Source of the DNA: Squalus acanthias
Taxonomy: Eukaryota
DNA: 64,000 nt
Direction of reading: 5' to 3'
Assembly: GCA_030390025.1 (NCBI GenBank)
Contig: CM059441.1
Location: 46,376,001-46,440,000 of the forward strand
Shown: piece after piece, positions 1-11,792 of the stretch
Numbering within the stretch: the first letter of the stretch is position 1
How the letters are laid out: the number at the start of each line of letters is the position of its first letter
The notes under the pieces: model-generated
What the model was told of the DNA's origin: nothing
The model's database searches: none
The model's input: the letters and a program-made list of their open reading frames with translations, nothing else
Translations under genes and position numbers: made by a program

Positions 1-224
1 GGCGGTCAAAAATGGATTTGCCCAATTTCCCACTGATTAGCACAAAATCCTGAAAAACGGGAAAGATGTAAACACAATCAAGTGTGCAAAGTGCCACACT
101 GCTCCTTTAAAAGCCTCTAATTTTAGTTCACTATCCAACAATACAGTCTATCACACTCCCACCTGCAAAGAGCATTGAGTAACATTTGGTTACGAGGATT
201 TATAAAAGTGTACCAGAACCTTAC

Positions 225-388
225 CTGACACGGAATACATTGCAGGCACTACACTTTCCTGTACGTTGGTTTAAGATGACAGAGAACTCCACCTCATCTC
301 CAGGCTGCAACTCCACACCATCCAACACCTCATTCACACGGAAGAACAGCTTTTTACCATCACCAACTTCATAGTTAATGAAGCCAAA
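225..388 (-). CDS. CSDE1: CSDE1 coding exon, 164 nt, [54 protein letters not shown]
   Basis: tcctag|TTT ... CAG|gtaagg; last cold-shock domain. Confidence 0.96.
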
Positions 389-472
389 CTAGGAAAACAC
401 AGAAACAAGTCACCATCACGGGAATTATATACGTAAATATTCATTCTGGAATAACCAAACTAGGCAGTGTGC

Positions 473-550
473 AGAAGATCAGCCATGATCTCATTGAATG
501 GCGGGGCAGGCTCGAAGGGGCTACTCCTGCTCCTATTTCTTATGTTCTTA
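473..550 (+). mobile_element. CR1 LINE extreme 3' end fragment
   Basis: gatcagccatgatctcattgaatggcgg...cctgctcctatttcttatgttctta, the same terminus as the longer CR1 copies in this window. Confidence 0.85.
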
Positions 551-2804
551 AACCCAGTTCAGATTACAATGCTCTTCAGAAACCTTTTCTGCAGAGCAGC
601 TTTCAGTGAAATTATAAAACTATATTTGAAAGCCAAAACATAGTGAAATAAGAAACTGAAGGGCCCCACTGATAGCTGAAGCAGCAAAATTGGCTGTTAC
701 CCCAGTTCTGAAATCTCTCTATAGCTCAAGTTTTAATGATCCATGTGGGGAGGAGGAGGGGGTGAAAAGGTCAATACCCGAGCAGTTGCTACATCAGGTT
801 GCCAAACAGAGACACCCGAGTACATATGAAGTAAGTGGGACCAGGTAAAGAACTTGTTATTTTTTAAAGGGGTGGGGGGGGGAGAGAAAGAGAAGAGAGG
901 AGTGTAGTTGGATTGCATAACATTTGAAATGTTAGTAATGAAAAATTCAAAGCATAAATAAGCCAATTTTTGAAGTTAACATTAGTGAAGTAAAGTCACT
1001 ATTTTTGCTACTATATTCTCTACTTGAAGTGCAGCATTCCTTCAGCCTAATCACAGGATTAAAAAAAAGCTCCAAAACTAATCTACATTTTGGTTTGAGT
1101 ATTTTCTTCTGTAGGGCATTGTTAGAATTAACATATGAAACAAACGCAGTTAAATGTAAATTAAAAAAACGTAAAGTGGTTACGGTTTGTTCATTTGTCT
1201 TTAGTGAAAAAATACTATTCAGTGAACGGATTGTGGGATGGTATGCACTGGTTGGTGAAGGAGTCAAATTAACACTACACAGATCTACTACTGTAATCAG
1301 AGTGAAACTTACTCCCTGATACACCCTTTTCAAAAATGCAGTACAAATTGTGTATTGCCATGGAAACCACTGCTGCAGTGCTAGTAACTATGGGCTACGC
1401 TGTATTGGGAAAAAGCTTCATTTCAATTTTACAAAAATGATCATAAAACAGTTTAATGACCTATGAAACAATCATTCTGATAAGTGTTCTTATTAGTGTA
1501 TCTACATTCTAGTTCTGGAGCACCCATGATTTAAAAAACCACACTGTACACAAGTAATCTCGCATTTGGAATGCAGTGAGTAGACAAGGTTTCTGCCAGT
1601 CTACAGTAGGTCCTACAAAAATTACTCAAGCTGGTCAAATGCTTTAAAAAAATTACAGAATTGCTCACGTAACAAAAGCATTTGTCAATCTCCAAATTCT
1701 ATATATGCTAGGAGGTTCCCTGCTGTACTGAAAAGCACAAACTCAATACAGCAGGTAGCACCATCTATACTTGAAACAATCGAATCTTAACGCTTTTTAA
1801 GTAAACTGTAGTACACGCCTGAAAATAAAGTATTTCAATAATTCCAACTGAATAGCAATCTGATTAAAAGGCAGCCAACCTGCTTCCAAGTATTTGCCAC
1901 TCACTGGGGCACAGGTACTTAACTCACGATTTTCTAGATGGAAGCACCATATTTTAGCTTCCCTCCTTCCAGTGTCCCTCCCAAGATCAGGAACTCTGAT
2001 ATGGAACTGCCTGGGTGCATTATACCAATGCACAAAACTTTGGTACATGTATTTCAATTCTTTGACATTCTATTTAATTACATAGCTCAAATCAGCATTA
2101 ACAATACTCAATGACCAATACGCACTTTTGTTGTGTAGGTGAGACAGGCACATCCAAAGGAAAAAGTCTGCCCCTTCTTCCTTCCATTTTGAAGGTTTTA
2201 TAATAGGTATACACAGAACCATGGCTCTTACTAAATTGGAGTAGAAATCAGGGTAAAGAGCAAAAGGTTGTCAAGAATACTCTGAGCATGGTACTAATCA
2301 CTATTTTGCTGCAAGAGATGAGAAATACTGCAACACTGATTTGAAAGGAAAACAAAGACTTTTAAGTCAGGGCCACGGAGACAGTAAAGTGGGTAATAAA
2401 TAGCCACGTAACAGCTGCGGACACTAATGCTATAAACCCGTAGTTAGTAATTGGGTGAAGTGGGAGCTCGTATCAGCTGTCATGAAGGGAAAGGGAAGGG
2501 AAAGAAGGTGGATTGTGTCAAGGTGACTCTCGAGCTCCAATTTTGAATTAAAACCCAAAAATTCACTTTAAAATTTACCATTACAGCAAGCCTCCCTACA
2601 TTTAGCTGTAGATTGATGCTAGCACAGCCTTCAGGCTAATGGACGCCACCAATGTGCTGTGTACATCTTTTACTGTATTTTGCAAGATAATGCACAAATA
2701 GGTCATCTATTTATGGACTAGAATCTAAAACATTGTGTTACTTCTGTTATATACAGCACCCCTCTTGAAAGGATGTGGCAGCCAAGAGTACTTTGGCTAT
2801 TATA

Positions 2805-3302
2805 ACATACAAACATAAGAAATAGGAGTAGGAATAGGCCATACTACCCCTCAAGCCTGCTCTGCCATTCAATAAGATCATGGCTGAACTTCTACATTAA
2901 CTCCACTTTCCTGCCCGATCCCCACATCCCTTAGTGCCCAAAAATCTATCGATCTCAGTCTTGAATATACTCAATGACTGAGCATCCACAGCCCTCTGGG
3001 GTAGAGAATGCCAAAGATTCACAACCCTCTGAGTGAAGAAATTTCTCCCTCATCTCAGTGCTAAATGGCCAACCCCTTATCCTGAGACTATGACCCCTAG
3101 TTCTAGACTCTCCAGCCAGGGGAAACAGCCTCTCAAGCCCTTTAAGAATTTTATACTTTTCAATGAGATCATCTCATTCTAAACTTCAGCAAATATAGAC
3201 CCATTCTACTTGATCTCTCTTCATAGGACAGCCCGCTCATCCCAGGAATCAATCTAGTGAATCTTCGTTGCACCCCCTCCAAGGCAAGTATATCCTTCCT
3301 TA
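2805..3302 (-). mobile_element. 5'-truncated CR1 LINE (RT C-terminus plus 3' UTR)
   Basis: Reverse complement of the CR1 3' end seen at 13600-14097; short-repeat tail at 2805. Confidence 0.9.
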
Positions 3303-3838
3303 TGCGGACTCACACGGCTCTGTATCTACTAGCATAGTAGTAGGACCCAGGAGTGCAACAGTGAACCTCAAGCATTATAGACTGGATCCCCATGTTTTAC
3401 ACACATGTAGTCCTTCAAGCTCTCTAAAGTCAGTCCGAGTTAACACTGGATGAGGCGAGGTTAGGTTTGAATTGTAAACGGTTTTATTTTGACAGTAGGT
3501 AAAACACAGATCAATGAAGAGTTGCTCGATACAAATGGCACAATGTTTGTTGATGCACTGGTACAAAAGTATACATGCAAACATTTGCTTACTTTGGTGG
3601 GTTGTCTTATTCAACTTGAAAGAGCAATCACTGCACCCTGACCTGGAGCCTAGAGCAGAGATAGTCATCCCTTTTGCAGCCTTTCTGGTGTCTGTGCCCT
3701 GATTTGTTTAAAAGCCTTTCTTCAAAGACTAGTAGATTAGAGATCAAGAGTGTCAACACCAAGGTGCTACAGGTCTTCCTGAATGGCCAAACATTACTTG
3801 TTTGGGATCTATTCAAAACAACTGCCTAATCTGTATGA

Positions 3839-4051
3839 TTAACTTTATCACACCTCGGCAGATAGTCAGGATGATTTAATTTAGTGGTCTGCAATTGTAA
3901 GGTACACATGCTTTGTTCTCTATCTATATATGTTTTGGCGATTCTGTATCTAATTTACTTCACCTGAGGAAGGGGCAATCGATAGCTCCGAAAGCTTGTG
4001 ATTTCAAATAAAACTGTTGGACTATAACCTGGTGTTGTGCGACCTCTCAAT
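3839..4051 (+). mobile_element. Penelope-like element pseudo-LTR fragment with minimal hammerhead ribozyme, 13-bp TSD
   Basis: Direct repeat CTAATCTGTATGA at 3826-3838 and 4052-4064; internal CTGAGGA..GAAA core; AATAAA just downstream of the core. Confidence 0.75.
3960..4001 (+). ncRNA. Minimal type-I hammerhead ribozyme motif (PLE type, probably dimeric)
   Basis: UCAC-CUGAGGA-A-GGGGC(aaucgaua)GCUCC-GAAA-GC-UU^GUGA: stem I UCAC/GUGA, 5-bp stem II, palindromic AAGCUU stem III, CUU triplet. Confidence 0.7.
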
Positions 4052-5444
4052 CTAATCTGTATGAAACAGTGACACTGTGCCACACAATGGCTGTAAAATA
4101 CCATCTTGTGAACCTTGCACATTGCCCGCCAAAAATAACACCCATTTCCTTTCTAGCAGTTCCTAATGCGTTGCTAATGTGCACTGAAAACATGCAACAA
4201 TCTCCTGCCACCCTCAACATCTATGAAAAAGCACATCTACAGCTCAGTTGCCCCTTTAAACAGTTGTCAGAGATGTGAAATAGTGAAAAGCACGAGTGAA
4301 GCTCTGCACTTTGGAATTCTCTGGATCTTTCATTTAGCATTCCTTCTTGTCCTGGACGTCAAGATAAAAAGGCACCACCAGGGGGTTTAAAAGAATGCAG
4401 CTTGGTAATCGTAGCCTGCACATTCCTGCCCACAGCTCCTCCACTCAACACCCAGGCCTCCAGCAGCAACAGGTTAAAAGATCGACAAACCTAGGATTGT
4501 GGACAAGCAATCTTCAACCAGCCAAGAGCAGCTCCCCATACCTTCACTCCATTCACCCCCTCCTGTATGGGCAGTCTCCTCTTCCCCACTGATGTGCTCC
4601 TCAGTCTGTTCTGTTTACCATTTTCAACAAAAGATATTGAGAGTACAATCAGGAGGCAATTGTTTCCCAGAAGCCTTCCCCAAATTGTGCACAGGGCACA
4701 CTACCCATACAATGCATGTTGATATCTCACACATCTTCAATCAAATGCTGAGGAGCACTGTACTAAGTCTCAATCACACTTGTACACCACTTCACAAAAA
4801 ATATAGCAGACTCCATCTCTGTGCCAAGGCTCAAAAACTGACCCATGCGTTAATGTCACACAAGGAACGGTCAACGGCTTGTATAAACTGAAAACCACAC
4901 CTGAAGCTGAACACATTCATTCCACTAGTTATCTGCCTGTGTGTCCAACTCTCAGCAAGGGGCTGTGCTGAAAGGATAAGACCTTTTTGCCAACTTTTGG
5001 TCAGAACACACATCAAAAACTGCTCAAGAGTCCTGAATCATGACTGAAATTATTTGAATCAGTAATTGACATCTATTCAATACCATCTCAGCTAGAACCA
5101 TGTGAACATGGTAAAATCAACACTAGTTCGCAAATGAAAGCAAAATAGGGCCTGATTATAAAAAGCTTAAGTGGGCTCAAACCCCAGTCCTAGTGGCGAC
5201 AGACAGAAAGTTAACCAACCCACTCTGCACCAGCCAGTTGCCTGCTTTCCTCTCATTTAAGATTCCTGCCCCCATGGTTACGGATGGTCCCTCCAGCTTC
5301 AGCAACAGCTTGACAGGAAATTTGGATAACTAAGTTTAATCACCGTCTTAGTTACTCAAAATTATTCTCCATCACATGAATATTCCTAGCTGTGGACATG
5401 AACTGATTTTTCTTCCGTTACCTCTCCTGAAAACAGTGCCGATG

Positions 5445-5690
5445 AGTTATTTACAGTGAGCTGTCACACCAGAGCCTAATCGTATTCTCACCCGATACCA
5501 ACACATGCACTTTCAGCAAACTGGACCGTTTTCGGCTGATTTTCCCCTCACTCATTGCAACAGTGTTACTTTCTCCACCTCCTCTCCCAACACTGTTGCC
5601 CTAGTTCAGTCTGGGTAACAGATAATGAGTCAACACTGGGAACTTATTGCTTACCATATCATGTAGTATATTTACCCCCTGAGCCATCAG
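5445..5690 (-). mobile_element. Old tRNA-derived SINE (family also at 8190-8480, 47570-47740, 54150-54256, 56275-56510)
   Basis: Shared degenerate motifs with the other copies (gagcc.aatc...ctcacccga..., ctgagccatc). Confidence 0.55.
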
Positions 5691-6038
5691 ACACATACAA
5701 GTTAAAGGAAAGCCATCTGTAGCAATACATGCTATGTAAATAAGTAAATATTGCAGCATACTCATTCCCAAAGCTCATCGGTTCCCTTGTTTTAGTAAAA
5801 TGGATGTGCTGGACCCATCTCGAAGGACATTAACTTGTGACAATATGCTTGCAAGCTACTGTGGGCATTTTGTGCTTCCTCCAATTATTTTCTAAAAACA
5901 GGTCAGTAAAGCAACAGTAAAACACCCAACCATATTATCAGTTATCAAGCAGACATAAGGGAATCTTCCCCACACCATGTCACTGCAGTATATCTGTTTC
6001 ACTAATTGTATACACAGCTCTGCTATAACACAATTACA

Positions 6039-7345
6039 ATATAGGAACATAGGAACAGGAGTAGGCCATTTAACCCCTAGAGCCTGTTCCGCCATTCAAT
6101 GAGATCATGGCTGATCTGCGACCCAACTCCATTTACCCACCTTTGCCCCATATCCCTCAATACTTTTGGTTAACAAAAAAAAAAATCTATCTCAGATTTA
6201 AAATTAACAATTGATCTAGCATCAATTGCCATTTGCAGAAGAGAGTGCCACATTTCTACCACCCGGTGTGTGTAGACGTGTTTCCTAATTTCACTCCTGT
6301 AAAGTCTGGCTCTAATTTTTAGATTATGTCCTAGTCCTAGACTCCCCAACCAGCAAAAATAGTTTCTCTCTATCTACCTCATCTGTTCCCCTTAATATCC
6401 TGAAAACTTCAATCAAGTCACCTCTTAACCATCCAAATTCCAGGGAATACAACCCTAGTTTGTGTAATCTCTCCTTGCAATCTAACCCTTGAAGTCCAGG
6501 TATCATTATGGTAAATCTATGCTGCACTCCCTCCAAGGCCAATATATCCTTCCTAAGGTGTGGTGCCCAGAATTGCTCACAGGTGTGGTCTAACCACAGC
6601 TTTGTATAGCTGCAGCATAACTTCTGCCCCCTTGTATTCTAGTCCTCTAGATATAAAGGCTAGTATTCCATTAGCCTTTTTAAAAATTATACTCTGTCCC
6701 TGTTCACGACATTTTAATGATCTATGTACCTGGACCCCAAGTCTCTTTGGACCTCCACTGTTTCCAGCTTTTCACCATTTAGAAAGTACTCTGTTCTATC
6801 TTTTTTAGGTCCAAAGTGGATGACTTCACATTTGCCTACATGGAAATCCAGGTCACAGTTTTGCCCACTTAATCTATTAAGATCTCTTTGTAATTTTATG
6901 CTTTCATCTACACTGCTGACAATGCCACCTACCTTTGGGTCATTGGCAAACTTGGATATGTGGCTTTCTATCCCATCATCTAAGTAGTTAATAAATACTG
7001 TGAATAGTTGAGGCCCCAACACAGATCCCTGTGGGACACCACTAGTCACATCCTGCCAATTAGAGTACCTACCCATTATCCCATCTCTCTGTCTCCTGCC
7101 ACTTAGCCAATTTCCTAACTAGATCAATAGTTTGCCTCAATTCCATGAGCTTCAACTTTAGTTAACAGTCTCTTATGAGGGACTTTATCAAATGCCTTCT
7201 GCAAGTCCATATAAATAACATCCATAGACATTCCCCTGTCCACTACTTTAGTCACCTCTTCAAAAAATTCAAATCAGGTTTGTTAGGCATGACCTACCCT
7301 TAAGACTCTCAGATCAGCTGAAAATTTAAGGTGTTCAGTCACACT
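6039..7345 (-). mobile_element. Decayed CR1 LINE, RT domain plus 3' UTR
   Basis: ORFs 6714..7076 (VTSGVPQGSVLGP..SKFA) and 6324..6542; frameshifts; (ataggaac)n tail. Confidence 0.93.
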
Positions 7346-7733
7346 ATCCTTAATTATACTCTAGTAATCTGTTAAAAACTAGATTTAGCTATTCAGCACT
7401 AAAATGAAGATGTAGTTTTACCTCAATTGTCTGTCATTTTTTAAAAAGTGAACCAGTCAATTTCTAACTGCATCTGATTGCTTTGAGGGAGCATGTGCCT
7501 ATTTTCATGTTGCTTATCACACAGATTCCTCCAACTGTGGACTTATCCACAATAACTATCCAGGTCACAGGTCAAGTGATGCAAGATAGAAAGTGCCAGT
7601 CTCTCCTCACATACACAACTCAGGTAGGTATACAGGTACAGGAGAATTTTAAGACAGTCTAAGTGGTCTAATGTTATTGTGGACAGTGCCTCACTCCAGG
7701 AGGACACACAACAATTTATATTTAAACCTAGTG

Positions 7734-7790
7734 CAATTAAGAAAGTGAAATGTCTGACATTCAATTAAGAAAGTGAAGTGTTTGAAATTC
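7734..7790. repeat. 28-bp tandem duplication
   Basis: caattaagaaagtgaa.tgt.tga.att occurs twice with period 28. Confidence 0.8.
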
Positions 7791-7885
7791 TACTACCCCA
7801 AGAGGAGAAATACTAGAAAGCCCAAGTGTCTACTTAAATGAAATAAGCCACACACAATCTAGAAGTTACTAGTACTGGCTCTTAC

Positions 7886-8064
7886 CTGGTCTTTCACGCA
7901 GTCCACAGTGCCTTTCCGTAAAGGTGTAGCATCATAGGCTAATTTCTGTCCCGTCTGGGCCACAGTGCACAGCTGGAACTTGATAGTCTCTCCCTTCTGA
8001 AGGCAATCGGTTTTATTTGCCAGACTGACGATGCCAAAAGGATATACTTCTCCTTTCATAGAGC
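7886..8064 (-). CDS. CSDE1: CSDE1 coding exon, 179 nt, (G)SMKGEVYPFGIVSLANKTDCLQKGETIKFQL...TVDCVKDQ
   Basis: ttgcag|GC ... CAG|gtaaga; ORF 7859..8131. Confidence 0.96.
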
Positions 8065-8189
8065 CTGCAAGGACATACCAACTCCTGAGTACTCTCAGCA
8101 TAAATACTTTTTTCAAGCACGTTATCTGCAAAAGGCTTGACTTTTGTGAAGCATGAAATTAACCTACTTTCAGATCCATTTTTGAGCTC

Positions 8190-8480
8190 CCCCAATTGGC
8201 TTAGTAGGTAAATGCACTCAAATGTGCTATGGTGCTAAGCCATATAGACCAGAAAATGTCAGCTCTATTCTCAGGACAACAGTTTTGGAGCTACAGTTGC
8301 CTTCTGCATCCTGGTCTAGGGAGTGAAAAAAGTGTCAGCGCATTCGCTTTTCTTGAGTGACGCCCAACTGGAAAGTGCAGGCATTGGGCGAGGACAGATC
8401 AGGGTTATTGTCCACAGTGGAAGAGCTCATTGAATATTCAGTGTCTAGGCTCGCACATTAAAAATGGCCACTTGGGCATG
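8190..8480 (+). mobile_element. Old tRNA-derived SINE
   Basis: A-box-like tggcttagtagg head; body homologous to the reverse copies at 56275-56510 and 5445-5690. Confidence 0.55.
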
Positions 8481-8989
8481 GCAAGAGTCAACATCTTTAG
8501 GGAGAAAATTGGGTAGGGGGAGCAAAATGCCATTGTTAGCAGAAATAGGAGAAACAAAAACAGACAAGTGTTACTCCAACGAGCTTCATTAATGAGGCAG
8601 GAAGAGGTAAGGTACTGCTTCCCAATGAGGTGGCAACTTCAAAGCTCGAGTGATCCGAGGGACACCGGAGCCCAACTCAGGATGGCAAAATCCTTGCAGG
8701 AGATCATTTTCTTTTATCAGTAAATCATGTATGGGGTGACTAGAAAAATAATCTGCACAACTACAGGAAAATGGACAGCCCCATGAATTGAAAATCAATA
8801 GCATTTTATTTAGAGAGTTGAGTGGTCATGTTTGTCCCAAAGCCAAGAAAGACTAATTTTATGATAAAGGATCTGATTGAGAAGTGCTTATTCACTGAAG
8901 GATGCAATTCTACTTTGGGCATTTAACCTAATTTCTTTACTATTAGAACTTTTAGTACTCCAATGTAAATTGATTATTCAAAAATAATG

Positions 8990-9490
8990 TCCATTTATAT
9001 AGCAACTTAATGAAGAAAAACATCATAAGATGCTTCACAGAAGTGTAATCAGAAATGAATGTATTCTGGGGCAAAGATGATGTCAGGAGGGGTGACAAAG
9101 TTTAGTCAGAGGTGGATGTTAAGGAAAATCCTAAAAGGAGGGGGAAGGGAGATGGAGAGGCTTAAGCAAAGCCTGCATCCTAGGTGACTGATGGTCACCA
9201 TTGGTGGAGGAAGCACAAAAAGGTCAGAGTCGGAGGAACGGTAAGCTTGGTGGGGAGGGGGGTTTGTAGGGCTGCAGGAGGTTACAGAGATGGGGAGGGG
9301 CAAGTCCATGAAGGGATTTAAACATGAGGTGTTGGGGGACCGAAAGCCAATGTAGGTCAGTAAGGACAGGACAGGAGTGATAACTCAGCATGACTTGATG
9401 CAGGTGTTTTGGATGAGCTGAAGTTTACGCAGGGTGGAGAATAGTTGAGTCTGGAGTTGACAAAGGCTTGGTTGTAGGTTTTAACAGCAG
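8990..9490 (-). mobile_element. Decayed L2-type LINE 3' fragment
   Basis: Reverse of a gtgaagcatctt...gctatataaatg tail like that of the DeuSINEs; purine-rich antisense RT-like sequence. Confidence 0.55.
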
Positions 9491-9898
9491 CAGACGACCA
9501 GAGATTATTTTATTTTTTTTAAATTGAGAAAAGCTTTGTTTCTGCAATGTTGGGTCTAATATTTGAATCTTTATTTTAAGGGAATTTGGAGGGGTAAAGA
9601 GGCCAAATTTAATGAGCTAAGAAATTATCTGTTTTTGATTTGAAAACAGAGAACATAGTAATACAAAAATCATTAACCAGCAACCAGGGGGTGAATTAGC
9701 TCGTAGTAGTACAATACAGATTGATATAGTGGTCACCTTAGCAATTTTGCTTTCCTGGACCAAATAGCTCATCATTGGCTCTGGATTTCCCTCCGATTCG
9801 CTACCACATATAAAATCCTCTAGTTTGCAGGCACGATTCACACACCAGTTCAGACGTTTCAAAAGAAAGTATAGTTGCAGTGGTAACAGAAAACTCAC

Positions 9899-10018
9899 CC
9901 TCCTCTGTAACCTCAATAAGTCCCTGATACTCTGCCTGCTGTGGATCCACACTGCGTAATGGCCTCATCACTTTACCAGTATAGACGGTTGGATACACTT
10001 CATCACTGGGACCATTCA
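9899..10018 (-). CDS. CSDE1: CSDE1 coding exon, 120 nt, (V)NGPSDEVYPTVYTGKVMRPLRSVDPQQAEYQGLIEVTEE
   Basis: ttccag|TG ... AGG|gtgagt; ORF 9801..10235. Confidence 0.96.
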
Positions 10019-11792
10019 CTGGAAAAAGATAAAACATTTCAAGCTGGGAGGAATAACCTATTGTCACAACAGTTACTTTGATTATAGACAGCTGACAGCA
10101 ATACAAGCTGGGAATCTGAAATGGGGAAGAACTACATGCAGCAGTATGAATTTCCCAGGATAGCTCTAGTTTTGAAACATAAAACACTAACAAAGGGCAA
10201 ATGACAGATATAAGGGTTCTGCAATCTTCCTTCATAATACTTTGAAGGAAGATGAATCAAGGAGACTCCATTTATACTTTAATCCTGTTCTTTCTGGAAT
10301 TAACTCTGGTCCATGTTGACATGTCTGCCATCCTAAATGATCTTAAGGCCATGTCATCTTGCCTAGTTAAATACCTTATTACTGTAACAAACAATTCAGA
10401 TAAAACCTCACAATACAACTTTTAAGTTAAATGGGAATCCAACATTGTGTCTTAACCTATTGCTTGCTTTTTCAATCTTTCCTACTTTTACAATGCCAGC
10501 AAATCACCAGAGTAGATTCTGAACGTAAAATGGAGATTTTCCACTTTGGCACTCCTAGCACATGCTGGAAATGTGCATCAGGAAACTGCACCCCAGCCTG
10601 CCAATTACTCTTATAAAAAAATCAAGGTGGGGGTTTACAATTCCCCAATATGTGTTTGAGAATAGAAGCAGATCATCTTCCCAATAGATCGAAGATGCAT
10701 GGTATGGATTCATGCCCAACATTAGTTGCCTCAAACAAAACCAAACAATGTTTTGGTTTGTCTTTCTTTAAAAAAACAATTGGTTGGCAAAACTCATTTG
10801 TGACGGTCACCTGTGCAAATCTACAGGTCCTCATACACCTCATCTTCTCGCCAATTGTTCTCCCTCCTAAAGGCGTATAACCTATTACTGGGTTATGAGC
10901 AGGAGGGAACATCCAGTAACAGACCCAAGAGATCATTGTTCACACACAAGATTTCAATGAGTGTTAGCAGACTATTTGAAGATCCTTATTGACAAAATTG
11001 GGCTCCAATGTGATGTCGTCATTTAAAGAGATTTTTTTTCATGTTTTATTCTTGGCATCAAAAACCATGATAAAACTGGGGGGTTGGGTGGGGAAGTGAG
11101 AACCCACAAAACCAGGGTAAGCTCAGAATACAGTATAATCTGTTTTTTAAACACCACTAAACCTAAAGAAAATAAGCAAGCGACTAACGAGGCACAGCTA
11201 AGCTAAAGGAAACCCACAGATAGCGACACACATCACAGACACCCCTTTGATCGTCCTCTGCTGTTCCAACTGTAACAAGTTTCCATGATCACAATGTCAA
11301 GCTATTAACAGTAAAATACATTTACAGTGTTTGTGAATGGAGTGTGTGCTGCAGAACGTTGACTGCTAAAATGTTTGTTTAAAGTAGCACATCAGCACCA
11401 TATGGTGAAGCCCAAATATTTTTAAAGACTGACTGAAATATTGAAGAGTTTAATTTTGCAGTATGCGCTTATGAACAGTATGCGGAGATCATTATATGCA
11501 GCGTTTCCATTTTGTTCATAACATATCTCTAGTCATTATATTCCAGACCTGATATTTGGCAAGAAAATTAGGAAATTCTAGGGATTCCCCAAATTCAGGA
11601 GGAAATCAGTGTTCTTTTTTCAAAAAGCCAATTTAAATCAAACATCTGATTATTTATTAATGAAAGTCTGTAAAAACTGATTTTAAAAAGGTCCCATCGT
11701 CCACTCAAGCATTTTCCCAGCAGGAATCACCGGGTAGCCATCACAAACAACAGAATTTCTCACAGAAGGAAGCCCTCAGCTCAAAGAGCCTT

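Noticed and set aside
1-70. Possible DNA transposon or MITE end at the window start
   Set aside because: Truncated by the window edge; no partner TIR or TSD visible.
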